Shown piece after piece: positions 1 through 13,179 of a DNA stretch of 39,315 nucleotides (positions are counted from its first letter, which is position 1; the number at the start of each line of letters is the position of its first letter). The position numbers and the translations under genes are program-made. Under the pieces are notes generated by a model that saw only the letters and a list, made by a program, of their open reading frames with translations, was not told the DNA's origin and did no database searches. The stretch covers positions 1 to 39,315 of the forward strand of contig MCFE01000750.1 of assembly GCA_002104905.1 (NCBI GenBank). Reading direction: 5' to 3'. The stretch is from Basidiobolus meristosporus CBS 931.73. Lineage: Eukaryota; Fungi; Basidiobolomycota.

Positions 1-55
1 CACAAGCAATGGGCCAGGGCCTTTGGACAGATTTAGAAATTCTCCGTGTCCTATG

Positions 56-372
56 TGTTGCAAGTGCTCTGGAGGCATTGGAAGTGATTAGGAGAACAAG
101 TGGATTATGTGGTCTTCATGTAATCATTTATCAAATGTAAATGTGGTACTCATACTTTTATTTGGACCTGGCCAGGGAATCACATAAAGTATGCTTGAGA
201 AGGTCCCAAGAACATGTGTACAAAGCTTGGGGTTCTTTGGATAACTGGTACCTGATAACTTGGTGACATAGTCCTAACCAGGAATTTGGCAGGAATTCTG
301 AAAGATTTATAGACCATGATCTAAATGATCAAGTCAAGTGAACACTTGGGTGAGATTACATAATCTGCAACA
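56..372 (-). repeat. 3' LTR of an older sister subfamily of the Copia family
   Basis: On the minus strand it runs TGTTGCAG...CAACA, directly after PPT AGTGGGAG (373-380); alignable to the family LTR but diverged. Confidence 0.75.
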
Positions 373-669
373 CTCCCACTCAACCAAACACTCATGCATA
401 CTAGGCCTAGTTGTGATCTAAGATGGTCAAGTCTGTCACTAGCCAATGGTGCTGTGGATATATCCGCAATCATTTCACCAGCAGTGCAGTAATCTAAGTT
501 TACCAAGTAATCCTCAATAGCTTCCCAGATGATGTGATGTCTATATCTATATGCTTGGTTACAGGACAGAATGCTGGATTTCTACTTAATGGCATAACTC
601 CTTCATTATACTGGAATATAATTGTGGAAAAGTGTTGACACAAACCTAACCCTGCAAAGAGCTTTCTTG
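373..669 (-). pseudogene. Copia RNase H C-terminal fragment (sister subfamily)
   Basis: Translates to RNPAF..TKHIDI and EMIADISTAPLA..LRSQLGL, followed by PPT and LTR. Confidence 0.8.
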
Positions 670-1162
670 TGTTGTAAATTTGGTAATCACACCTTTGTAT
701 TCACTTAACTTAGTCATTTGAATTATAGTCTACAAATCTTAGAGAATTCTGGCCAAGTTCCTTGTCAGGATTTATTTAGAATATTTTCACCAAAACATCA
801 GGTACCCAGAAGATGTAACATCTTACAGGTGTCCAAATAGCCCCAGACTTTACCCACAGGTTATTGGTGTTGCAAGTATTGTAGGAGTTTTGGAGATATT
901 GGAAATGTTTGGGGGACAAGTGGGTTATGTGGCTTTTGTGGTAAGAGTTTTGGAGATATTAGAGGTGATTGGGAGAACAGTAGATTAAATGGTTTTTGCA
1001 TAATGATTTATCGAATGTGAGAGTAGCATCTATACTTTTGCATGGTCTTGGTGCAACAAGCACATATAATATGTTGAGGAAGGTTATAAGGACCTGCATG
1101 CAAAGTTTGGGGCTGTTTGGACCACTCTGAGAACTTTTGTGTTCTGGGTACCTGATGTCTGG
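670..1162. repeat. Stack of truncated Copia LTR fragments: + fragment 670-867, - fragments with termini at 868 and 937
   Basis: TGTTGTAAA at 670; LTR-end motif TGT(T/G)G..AAGAG..TTGGAGATATT recurs at 868-936 and from 937. Confidence 0.65.
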
Positions 1163-1199
1163 GTGAATTGCATTGAATCAATGCATGTTAACTTGGTGC

Positions 1200-1531
1200 T
1201 GTTGTAAGAGTCTTGGAGATATTGGAAGTGATTGGGAGGACAAGTAGATTATGGGGTTTTCACTTAATGATTTATTGAATGTAAAAGTAGTATTTAAACT
1301 TTTACCTGGTCTTGGGATTACAAACATGTAGAATAGGCTAAGGAAGGTCCCAAGAACATGTGTGCAAGGTTTGGGGCTGTTTGGACAACTTATCTAAATT
1401 TTATGTTCTGGGTAAATATTCTAAGTAAATCACAACAAGGAATTTGGTCAATATTCTCTAGGATTTGAGGGTATTGATCTAAGTGACTAAGTTAGATGAA
1501 TATTTAGGTGGAATTACAAATTTATACAACA
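1200..1531 (-). repeat. C1 3' LTR (332 bp, with a 17-bp deletion)
   Basis: TG...CA ends; preceded by PPT on the minus strand. Confidence 0.9.
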
Positions 1532-1559
1532 CTCCCACTTGGCTAAATGCTCATACTGA

Positions 1560-4500
1560 CTAGTCCTAATTTTGACCCAAGATATTCAAACTTGTCTCTA
1601 GCTAATGGTTTGGTAAATATGTCTACAATCATTTCATCTGTAGGACAGTAAACTAAGCTAATAAGTTATTCTCTATAGCTTCACATACAAAGTGATGTCT
1701 AATATCTATGTGCTTGGTTCAAGCATGAAAAGTTGGATTTCTACCTAGTTGTACACATCCTTGATTATCTTGAAATAAAGTAATAGGCGTTTTTTGACAT
1801 AGGCCTAAATCTGTGAAAAGCTTTCTTAACCACATTGCTTCTTTTGTAGCTTCACAGGCTGCAATGTACTCTGCCTCTGTGGTAGAAAGTGCTACAGTTG
1901 GTTGCTTTCTTGAATTCCATGAAATTGCTCCTTTGCAGTAAAGAAAGGTGTATCCTGTGGTGGCTCTTCTGTCTTCTAAATTTTGTCCCCAATCAGCATC
2001 TGAATAACCCATAAGATCCTGTTCTGAATCCTTATAAGTGTATCTTAAGCAGATATCAACAGTTCCTTTAGGTATCTAAAAATTTGCTTAGCTGCTGCAA
2101 TATGATCAGATCCATAGTTCTGATTATGCTGGCAGACAAGTCCCACTAAATATGAGATATCTGGACATGTTCCAAGCTTGATATACATCAGACTGCCAAC
2201 CATAGCTTGATAAGGAAAGTCAGGGCTTTCAGATGGCACCAAGCTTTCTTGATTTGGTTGAGTTTTGACCAAGTTAAGGCTTGTCTCCATTGGGGTAGCT
2301 GCCTGTTTACAGTCTTCTATTTGGTACTTCTTTAGTATATCTTGAATATACTTGGATTGGCTTAGGGTGATAGTCTGGGTACTTCTGTCTAAGGAGAACT
2401 TTATCCCTAGGTATTAACTTAGTTCTCATAGATTGGACATCTTGAATTCCTTAGATAGGCAGGATTTAGTCTCTTCCAATGTTTCTAGGTAATTGGTGGC
2501 TATAATAATATCATCCACATATAGAGCTAATAGAGCTGAATTTGCTCTATCTGGCTTATAATATATACTATAGTCAGCATTACTCCTTTTGAAACTCAAA
2601 GATTTCAAACAAGAATCTATCTTGCAATTCCAGGCTCTTGGTGATTGTTTGAGACCATATAGTGACTTTTTAAGCTTGCAGACCAAATGGAGGTTATCTT
2701 GGTCAACAAACCCATCAGGCTGGTCCATATACACCTCCTCATCAAGTTCTCCATTCAAAAATGCAGTTTTTACATCCATTTGATGGATAAAAAACATATA
2801 TTTGGCTGCAATAGCCAATATTAATCTGATGGAATTAAACTTGGCTACCGGTGCAAAGGTCTCAGTATAGTCAAGTCCTTTTGTTTGAGAGTATCCTTTG
2901 GCTACAAGTCTTGCTTTATATCTTTCAGTTGTACCATCAGCCTTGTATTTTGTCTTGAAGACCCATCTGCATCCAATTGATTTTTGGTTGATTGGTAATT
3001 TGACTAAGTCCCAAGTTTGATTTTCCATCAGGGCCTGATATTCCTCAGTCATTGCAGATCTCCAAAACTTTGTCTGAGGGCTATTTAGGGCCTCTTTTAC
3101 AGTCTGGGGTTCATCAATATGGACTGAATAGGCATAGGCTAAGTTTGTACCCTCATTAATATAGTAATTTGGGCTATTTCTTGTCTGATTTGATCTCCGG
3201 GCATTTGATACTGGAATGATCACTTCTGGGATATTCCTGGGCACTGATTCTGGCTGAACTACGGTTGTAGAGTCCTCTGGAGTGAAAAAATTTTCATTGG
3301 TTTGCTCTGATTCAATCCTGACAATTGGTGGACTTGAGATCAAATTTTTGTCATCATCTGATGTCATTTTTTGTGAAAAATTTGAATTTTCATCAAACAA
3401 CACATCCCTAGACTTGATCAGCTTCTTTGCTTTGGTATTGTAGAGTCTGTATGTCTAAGTCTCATTGCAGTAGCCCAAAAATATGCATTTTATACTTTTT
3501 GGCTCAAATTTTGACTGATTTCTGGCCAGTTTTTTGGCATATGCTGTACACCTAAATATTCTTAGATGTTCTGCACTTGGTCTGTATCCATACCATGCTT
3601 CAAATGGAGTAGAATCACAAATTATTCTGTTATAACTCCTATTTTTAAGGTATACAGCAGTGGCAACTGATTCCGCCCAAAAATCATAGGATAATTTTTG
3701 ATCATGGACCATAGATCTTGCCATATCAATTATTGATCTGTTAGCTTGTTCTGCTACTCCATTTTGCTGTGGGGAGTATGGTACCGTAGTCTCTTGCTTT
3801 ATCCCATGAATTTTGCAGAAGTGGATGAAGAGTTTTGAGGTATATTCCCCACCATTGTCAGAGCGTATTTTCTTGATTTTTTCACCAGTTTCTCTCTCCG
3901 CCATCTCTTTAAACTCCCTGAACTTAGACAGTGCTTCTTCCTTTCTCTCCATGAAGTAGACCCATGTGTATCTTGTATATTCATCAATAAAAGTGATTAA
4001 ATACTTCATCCCACCTAAGGATAAATTTTGCATAGGTCCATACAGATCTGAGTGAATTAGATCTAATTTTTTCTTAGTTTTGATTAACCCAGAGCTCTTG
4101 AACGGTTGTATGGCTTGTTTCCCATGTATGCAGGCTTCACAGTGCTCCAAATTAGCTGGGGGATCAATTTTTACTCCAGAAATTAGCTGATCTATGATTA
4201 TTTTATGCAAATAATCAAAATTGATGTGCCCAAATCTCCTGTGCCAAAGCATTGGTGTTTCTTCATTTAAGTTACTTATATTGGCTTCCAGATATGATGG
4301 AATATAAGTCAACTTGTATAGATTCTGATCTCTGATGCCCAAAGCAATATGGGCACCATTTTGATCAGTGATCCTGCATCCAGAATTGTCAAAACTGAAA
4401 CTGAGTCCTTCTGCTGTGGCCTTGCTTACAGAGAGTAGGTTCTTGGCTATTTCTGGTACATAGAGTACTTCTTTAAAGGTCAGTGTATGGCTTCCTTCAC

Positions 4501-5512
4501 TGCTTCTAAGGTTTACTCGGATAGTTCCTTCTCCCACTGCATCAGGTGTTCTATCATAACCCATGAAAACCTTCTTAATTGGAATTTCTTGATATTGGGT
4601 AAAAAGTTCTTTTTGGTGTGTAAAGTGTTGAGATGCTCCAGAGTCAATATACCACGTCTGAGAATCCTTGTTTGTGGTCATATTTAGTGCAGATATGAAT
4701 AGTCTATCTTCAGTTGTTGCAGCATTTCCATATTCAGGCTTCTTTTGCTGATTATCTTTCTTTTTGAGACACCGGTCTGATGTGTGTCCTTTCCTTTTGC
4801 AGTAGTTACAAAACAGGTTGCTGTTGCCTTTGTAGGGTCTTGGGTACCTCCTTTGTTGTTTATCATTGCTTATTAAAGCATTTTCTTCTTCCTTCTTATT
4901 GGCACTTGATTTTCTTAATTCTTCATCCAGGAGCCTTCCATATATGTAATTTAAGGTCAAATCTTCAGTTCTGGACTCTAGGGCTGATGCAAGGCCCTGA
5001 AACTTGTCTGTCAGGCTATTCAGGATGGTAACTATCACATCCTCATCAGTAGTTGGTACACCCACAGATTCCATTTCATCTACCAGCAGGGTAATTCTGT
5101 TAATTAGATTTCTCATTTCTTCTCCTGGCAGCATCTTTATAGTAAAGAATTTTTGTCTCAGATACATCTTCTTAGCAGCTGAATATGACTGGTAGGTGTC
5201 CTCTAATGCTTTCCAGGCATTCTTTGCCATTTTTGCTCTTGAGCATTGAATTAGCAATTTGTCCTTGACATTGAGGCAAGTGCAGTTAAAGTCACTTTGT
5301 TCTTTCTTCTGGTACTTTAAGGCTTCCTCTCCCACATTTTTAGGAGGGTATTCTTCTCCCATGACAATATCCCAAAGGCCTCTTTCTTGTAGCAGCATCT
5401 TCATCTTCACCTTCCACACTTGGTAGTTGGATCCATCCAACTTTTCAGCAGAGGGAAAAATTCCGGTAATAGCAGTAGTAGACATTGCAGAGAGTGACAG
5501 CTTGGGGCTCAT
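1560..5512 (-). pseudogene. gag-pol: C1 gag-pol; gag-PR-IN open to the stop at 3455, further stops at 2426 and 2045, a frameshift in RT/RH
   Basis: NYQVWKVKMK (gag), CNYCKRKGHTSDRC knuckle, WYIDSGASQH protease, WHRRFGH..CEAC, HSD/FIDEY/RSDNGGEY integrase, [39 protein letters not shown] RNase H. Start and end coordinates are approximate. Confidence 0.92.
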
Positions 5513-5516
5513 AACC
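5505..5516 (-). promoter_or_regulatory. Copia primer-binding site GGTTATGAGCCC (anticodon-arm half of tRNAiMet)
   Basis: Abuts the LTR end; the same motif occurs at 7403-7414, with variants at 9811-9822 and 28120-28131. Confidence 0.85.
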
Positions 5517-5868
5517 TGTTGTAAGAGTCTTGGAGATATTGGAAGTGATTTGGAGAACAAGTAGATTATGTGGTTTTCACTTAATGATTTATTGATTGTA
5601 AAAGTAGCATTTATACTTTTACCTGGCCTTGGCATTACAAACATGTAGAATAGGCTAATGAAGGTCCCAAGAACCTGTGTGCAAGTTTGGGGCTGTTTGG
5701 ACAACTTTGAGAATTTTCATGTTCTGGGTACCTGGTATTTTGGTGAAAATATTCTAAGTAAATCCCGACAAGGAATTTGGTCAGTATTCTCTAGGGTTTG
5801 AAGGTGATGATCTAAGTGACTAAGTTAGGTGAATATTTAGGTGGAAATACGTATTTTTTTTTACAACA
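5517..5868 (-). repeat. C1 5' LTR (352 bp)
   Basis: TG...CA ends, TATAAA then AATAAA-like signal, followed by the PBS. Confidence 0.9.
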
Positions 5869-7071
5869 AAGACAAATTGCTAATTCAATGCTCAATAGCA
5901 AAAACAGCAAAGAATGCCTGGAAGACATTAGAAGACACCTACCAGTCATGTTCAGCTGCTAAGAAAATGTATCTTAGACAAAAAACGCTTACTACAACTA
6001 TGCTGTCAGGAGATAAAATGAAAAATCTATTTAACGGAATTACCCTGCTGGTAGATGAAATGGAATCTGTGGGTGTACCAACTACTGATGAGGATGTGAT
6101 AGTTACCATCCTGAATAGCCTGACAGACAAGTTTCAGGGCCTTGTATCAGCCCTAGAGTCCAGAACTGAAGATTTGACCTCAAGTTACATACATGGAAGG
6201 CTCCTGGATGAAGAATTAAGAAAATCAAGCACAAATAAGAAGAAGAAAATGCTTTAATAAACAATGATTATCAACAAAGGAGGTACCCAAAACCCTACAA
6301 AGACAACAGCAACCTGTTTTGTAACTACTGCAAAAGGAAAGGACACACATCAGCTTGGTGCCTCAAGAAGAAAGATAATCAGCAAAAGAAGCCTGAATAT
6401 GGAAATGCTGCAACAACTGAAGATAGACTATTCATATCTGCACTAAATATGACCACAAACAAGGATTCTCAGACATGGTATATGACTCTGGAGCATCTCA
6501 ACACTTTACACACCAAAAAGTACTTTTTACCCAATATCAAGTAATTCCAATTAAGAAGGTTTTCATGGGTGACAATAGAACACTTGATGCAGTGGGAGAA
6601 GGAGCCATCCATGTAAGCCTAAGAAGCAGCAAAGGAAGCCATACACTAACCATCAAAGAAGTACTCTGTACCAGAAATAGCCAAGAACCTACTATCTGTA
6701 AGCAAGGCCACTGCAGAAGGACTCAGTTTCAGCTTGGACAATTCTGGATGCAGGATCACTGATCAAAATGGTGCCCATATTGCATTGCAAATCAGAGATC
6801 AGAATCTATGCAAGTTGACTTATATTCCATCATATTGGGAAGCCAATATAAGCAACTTAAAGAAGAAACACCAATGCTTTGACACAGGAGATTTGGGCAC
6901 ATCAACTTTGATTATTTGTGCAAAATAATTCAAGATCAGCTAATTGCCTGAGTAAAAATTGATCCCCCAGCTAGTTAAGGGCACTGTGAAGCCTGCATAT
7001 ATGGGAAACAAGCCAGACAACCATTCAAGAGATCTGGGTTAATCAAAACTAAGAAAAAATTAGATCTTATT
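5869..7071 (+). mobile_element. Copia fragment C2 (mid-gag, protease, pre-integrase), truncated at both ends by LTRs
   Basis: Homologous to C1 4070-5270; several frameshifts and stops. Confidence 0.9.
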
Positions 7072-9462
7072 TGCTGTAAAAATTTGTAATTCCACCTAAA
7101 TATTCACCTAACTTAGTCACTTAGATCATTACCTTCAAATCCTAGAAATACTGACCAAATTCCTTGTCAGGATATACTTAGAATATTTACCCAGAACATG
7201 AATATTCTCAAAGTTGTCCAAACAGCCCTAAACTTTGCACACATATTCTTGGGACCTTCCTTAACCTATTTTACGTGTTTGTAATGCCAAGACCAGGTAA
7301 AAGTATAAATGCTACTTTTACATTCAATAAATCATTAAGTGAAAACCACATAATCTACTTGTTCTCCAAATCACTTCCAATATCTCCAAGACTCTTACAA
7401 CAGGTTATGAGCCCCAAGCTGTCACTCTCTGCAATGTCTACTACTGCTATTACTGGAATTTATCCCTCTGCTGAAAAGTTGGATGGATCTAACTACCAAG
7501 TGTGGAAGGTGAAGATGAAGATGCTGCTACAAGAAAGAGGCCTTTGGGATATTGTCATGGGAGAAGAATGCCCTCCTAAAAACGTGGGAGAGGAAGCCTT
7601 AAAGTACTAGAAGAAAGAACAAAGTGCCTTCAACTGCATTTGCCTTAATGTTAAAGACAAATTGCTAATTCAATACTCAAGAGCAAAAACGGCAAAGAAT
7701 GCCTGGAAGACATTAGAAGACACCTACCAGTCATGTTCAGCTGCCAAGAAAATGTATCTGAGACAAAAATTCTTTACTACAAAGATGCTGCCAGGAGATG
7801 AAATGAAAAATCTAATTAACAGATTACCCTGCTGGTAGATGAGATGGAATCTGTGGGTGTACCAACTCCTGATGAGGATGTGATAGTTACCATCCTGAAT
7901 AGCCTGACAGACAGGTTTCAGGGCCTTGTATCAGCCCTAGAGTCCAGAACTGGAGATTTGACCTTAAATTACATATATGGAAGGCTCCTGGATGAAGAAT
8001 TAAGAAAATCAAGTGCTAATAAGATGGAAGACAAAAATGCTTTAATAAGCAATGATAACCAGCAAAGGAGGCACCCAAGACCCTACAAAGGCAACAGCAA
8101 CCTATTTTGCAACTACTGCTAAAGGAAAGGACACACATCAGACTGGTATCACAAAAAGAAAGATAATCAGCAAAAGTAGCCTGAATATGGAAATGCTGCA
8201 AAAGCTGAAGATAGACTATTCATATCTGGACTAAATATTACCACAAATAAGGATTCTCAGATGTGGTATATTGACTCTGGAGCTTCTCAACACTTTACAC
8301 ACCAAAAAGAACTTTTTACCCAATATCAAGAAATCCCAATTAAGAAGGTTTTCATGGGTGACAATAGAACACTTGATGCAGTGGGAGAAGGAACTATCCA
8401 AGTAAACCTTAGAAGCAGTGAAGGAAGCCATACACTGACCTTTACAGAAGTACTCTATGTACCAGAAATAGCCAAGAACCTACTCTCTGTAAGCAAGGCC
8501 ACTGCAGAAGGACTCAGTTTCAGTTTTGACAATTCTGGATGCAGGATCACTGATCAAAATGGTACCCATATTGCTATGGGCATCAGAGATCAGAATCTAT
8601 ACAAGTTGACTTATATTCCATCATATTTAGAAGCCAATATAAGTAACTTAAATGAAGAAACACCAATGCATTGGCACAGGAGATTTGGGCACATCAATTT
8701 TGATTATTTGCATAAAATAATCATAGATCAGCTAATTTCTGGAGTAAAAATTGATCCCCCAGCTAATTTGGAGCACTGTGAAGCCTGCATACATGGGAAA
8801 CAGGCCAGACAACTGTTCTAGAGCTCTGGGTTAATCAAAACTAAGAAAGAATTAGATCTAATACACTCAGATCTTTGTGGACCTATGCACAATTTATCCT
8901 TAGGCGGGATGAAGTATTTCAGCACTTTTATTGATGATAATACAAGATACCCATGGGTCTACTTGATGGAGAGAAAGGAAGAAGCTATGTCTAAGTTCAT
9001 TGAGTTTAAAGCCATGGTGGAGAGAGAAACTGGTGAAAAAATCAAGAAAATACGCTCTGACAATAATGGAGAATATACCTCAAAACTCTTCATCTACTTC
9101 TGCAAAATTCATGGGATAAAGCAAGAGACTACTGTACCATACTCCCCACAGCAAAATGGAGTAGCAGAACAAGATAACAGAGCAATAATTGATATGGCAA
9201 GATCTGTGATCCATGATCAGAAATTATCCTATGATTTTTGGGTGGAATCAGTTGCCACTATGGTATACCTTAAAAGTAGGAGTTATAACAGGATACTTTG
9301 TAATTCAACTCCATTTGAAGCATGGTATGGTTACAGACCAAATGCAGAACATCTAAGAATATTTGGGTGTATAGCATATGCCAAAAAACTGGCCAGAAAT
9401 CAGTCAAAATTTAAGCCAAAAAGTGTAAAATGCATATTTTTGGGCTACTGCAATGAGTGTAA
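7072..9462 (+). mobile_element. Copia C3: 5' LTR 7072-7402, PBS, gag-PR-IN; truncated by C4
   Basis: LTR, GGTTATGAGCCC, then gag, DSGASQH and RSDNNGEY ORF pieces. Confidence 0.92.
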
Positions 9463-12400
9463 TGTTGTAAAAATTTGTATTCCACCTAAATATTCACCTA
9501 AGTTAGTCACTTAGATCATTACCCTTAAATCCTAGAGAATACTGACCAAATTCCTTGTTGGGATTTACTTAGAATATTTTCACCAAAATACCAGGCACCT
9601 AGAACATGAAAATTCTCAAAGTTATCCAAACAGCCCCAAACGTTGCACACATGTTCTTGGGACCTTCCTTAACCTATTATATGTGTTTGTAATGCCAAGA
9701 CCAGGTAAAAGTATAAATACTACTTTTACATTCAATAAATCATTAAGTGAAAACCACATAATCTACTTGTTCTCCAAAACACTTCCAATATCTCCAAGAC
9801 TCTGACAACAGGTTGTGAGCCCCAAGCTGTCACTCTCTGCAATGTCTACCACTGTTATTACTGGAATTTTCCCTCTGCTGAAAAGTTGGATGGATCTAAA
9901 TACCAAGTGTGTAAGGTGAAGATGAAGATGCTTCTACAAGACAGAGACCTTTGGGATATTGTCATGGGAGAAGAATGCCCTCCTAAAAATGTGGGAGAGG
10001 AAGCCTTAAAGTACCAGAAGAAAGAACAAAGTGCATTTAACTGCATTTGCCTTAATGTCAAGGACAAATTGCTGATTCAATGCTCAAGAGCAAAAATGGC
10101 AAGGAATGCCTGGAAAGCATTGAAAGACACCTACCAGTCATGTTCAGCTGCCAAGAAAATGTATCTGAGACAAAAATTCTTTACCACAAAGATGCTGCCA
10201 GGAGAAGAAATGAAAAATCTAATCAACAGATTACCCTGCTGGTAGATGAGATGGAATCTGTGGGCGTACCAGCTCCTTATGAGGATGTAATAGTTACCAT
10301 CCTGAATAGCCTGACAGAAAAGTTTCAGGACCTTGTATCAGCCCTAGAGTCCAGAACTGGAGATTTGACCTTAAATTACATATATGGAAGGCTCCTTGAT
10401 GAAGAATTATGAAAAACAAGCGCTAATAAGAAGGAAGAAGAAAATACTTTAATAAGCAATGATAACCAGCAAAGAAGGTAACCAAGACCCTACAAAGGCA
10501 ACAGCAACCTATTTTGCAACTACTGGAAAAGGAAAGGATGCACATCAGACCGGTGTCTCAAAAAGTAAGATAATCAGCAAAAGAAGCCTGAATATGGAAA
10601 TGCTGCAACAACTAGACTATTCATATCTGCACTAAATATGACCACAAACAAGGATTCTCAGACGTGGTATATTGACTCTGGAGCTTCTCAACACTTTACA
10701 CACCAAAAAGAACTTTTTACCCAATATCAAGAAATCCCAATTAAGAAGGTTTTCATGGGTGACAATAGAACACTTGATGCAGTGGGAGAAGGAACTATCC
10801 AAGTAAACCTTAGAGGCAGTGAAGGAAGCCATACACTGACCTTTACAGAAGTACTCTATGTACGAGAAATAGCCAAGAACCTACTCTCTGTAAGCAAGGC
10901 CACTGCAGAAGGACTCAGTTTCAGCTTGGACAATTCTGGATGCAGGATCACTGATCAAAATGGTACCCATATTGCTTTGGGCATCAGAGATCAGAATCGA
11001 TACAAGTTGACTTATATTCCATCATATGTGGAAGCCAATATAAGTAACTTAAATGAAGAAACACCAATGCATTGGCACAGGAGATTTGGGCACATCAATT
11101 TGGATTATTTGCATAAAATGAACATAGATCAGCTGATTTCTGGAGTAAAAATTGATCCCCCAGCTAATTTGGAGCACTGTGAAGCCTGCATACATGGGAA
11201 ACAAGCCAGACAACTGTTCAAGAGCTCTGGGCTAATCAAAACTAAGAAGAAATTAGATCTAATTCACTCAGATCTGTGTGGACCTATGCACAATATATCC
11301 TTAGGAGGGATGAAGTATTTATTCACTTTTATTGATGAATATACAAGATACACATGGGTATACTCAATGGAGAGAAAGGAAGACACACTGTCTAAGTTCA
11401 GGGAGTTAAAAGACATGGTGGAGAGAGAAACTGGTGAAAAAATCAAGAAAATACGCTCTGACAATGGTGGAGTATATACCTCAAAACTCTTCATCCACTT
11501 CTGCAAAATTCATGGGATAGATCAAGAGACTGCTATATTATACTCCCCAAAGCAAAATGGAGTAGCAGAATGTGCTAACAGAGCAATAATTGACATGGCA
11601 AGATCCATGATCCATGATCAAAAATTATCCTATGATTTTTGGGCAGAATCAGTTGCCACTGCTGTATATCTTTAAAATAGGAGCTATAACAGAATACTTT
11701 GTGATTCTACTCCATTTGAAGCATGGCATGGATACAGACCAAGTGCAGAACATGTAAGAATATATGGGTGTACAGCATATGTCAAAAAACTGGCCGGAAA
11801 TTAGTCAAAATTTGAGCCAAAAAGTGTAAAATGCATATTTTTGGGCTACTGCAATGAGAGTAAGGCATACAGGCTCTACAATACCAAAGCAAAGAAGCTG
11901 ATGAATTCCAGGGATGTGTGGTATGATGAAAACTCAAAATTTTCACAAAAAATGACATCAGATGATGACAAAAACTTGATCTCAAGTCCACCAATTGTCA
12001 GGATTGAATCAGAGCAAAACAATGAAAGTTTTTTCACTCCAGAGAACTCTATAACCGTGGTTCAGCCAGAATCAGTGCCCAGGAATATACCAGAAGTGAT
12101 CATTCGAGTATCAAATGCCTGGAGATCCAATTGGACAAGAAATAACCCAAATTACTATTTCAATGAGCGTACAAACTTAGCCTATGCCTGTTCAGTCCAT
12201 ATTGCTGAACCCCAGGCTGTAAAAGAGGCCCTAAATAGCCCTCCGACAAAGCTTTGGAGATCTGCAATGACTGAGGAATATCAGGCCCTGATGGAAAATC
12301 AAACTTGGGACTTAGTCAAATCACCAATCAACCAAAAATCAATTGGATGCAAATGGGTCTTCAAGACAAAATACAAGGCTGATGGTACAATTGAAAGATA

Positions 12401-13179
12401 CAAAGCAAGACTTGTAGCCAAAGGATACTCTCAAACAAAAGGACTTGACTTTACTGAGACCTTTGCACTGTAGCCAAGTTTCATTCCATCAGATTAATAA
12501 TGGCTATTGCAGCCCAATATAAGTTTTTTATTCATCAAATGCATGTAAAAACTGCATTTTTGAATGGAGAACTTGATGAGGATGCATATAAGGACCAGCC
12601 TGATGGGTTTGTTGACCAAGATAACCCCCATTTGGTCTGCAAGCTTAAAAAGTCACTATATGGTCTCAAACAATCACCAAGAGCCTGGAATTGCAAGATA
12701 GATTCTTATGTGGAATCTCTGAGTTTGAAAAGGAGTAATGTTGACTATTGTATATACTATATGCCAGATAGAGCAAAGTGAGTTCTACTAGATCTATATG
12801 TTGATGATCTTATTATAGCCACCAATACCCTAGAAACATTGGAAGAGACTAAATCCAGCCTATGAATGGAGTTCAAGATGTCCAATCTAAGAGAACTCAG
12901 TTACCACACAGGGATTAAGTTCTCTATATACAGAAGTACCCAGACTATCACCCCAAGCCAATCCAAGTATATTCAAGATATACTAAAGAAGTACAAAATG
13001 GAAGACTGTAAACTGGCAGCTACCCCTATGGAGACAAACCTGAACTTGGTCAAAACTCTACTAAATGAAGAGAGCTTGGTGCCATCTGAAAGCCCTGACT
13101 TTCCTTATCAATATATGGCTGGCATTCTAATGCATATCATGCTTGAAACATGTCCAAATATCTGAAGACTGTAAACTGG

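Larger units (their letters stand above)
1200..5868 (-). mobile_element. Ty1/Copia retrotransposon C1, near full length, degenerate, no TSD
   Basis: LTRs 5517-5868 and 1200-1531, PBS 5505-5516, PPT 1532-1539; domain order gag-PR-IN-RT-RH. Confidence 0.95.

Noticed and set aside
5513-5704. N-terminal extension of gag through the LTR (MSKQ.../MFVMP...)
   Set aside because: The first start is TTG and the ATGs lie upstream of the LTR TATA box, so they are unlikely to be in the transcript.
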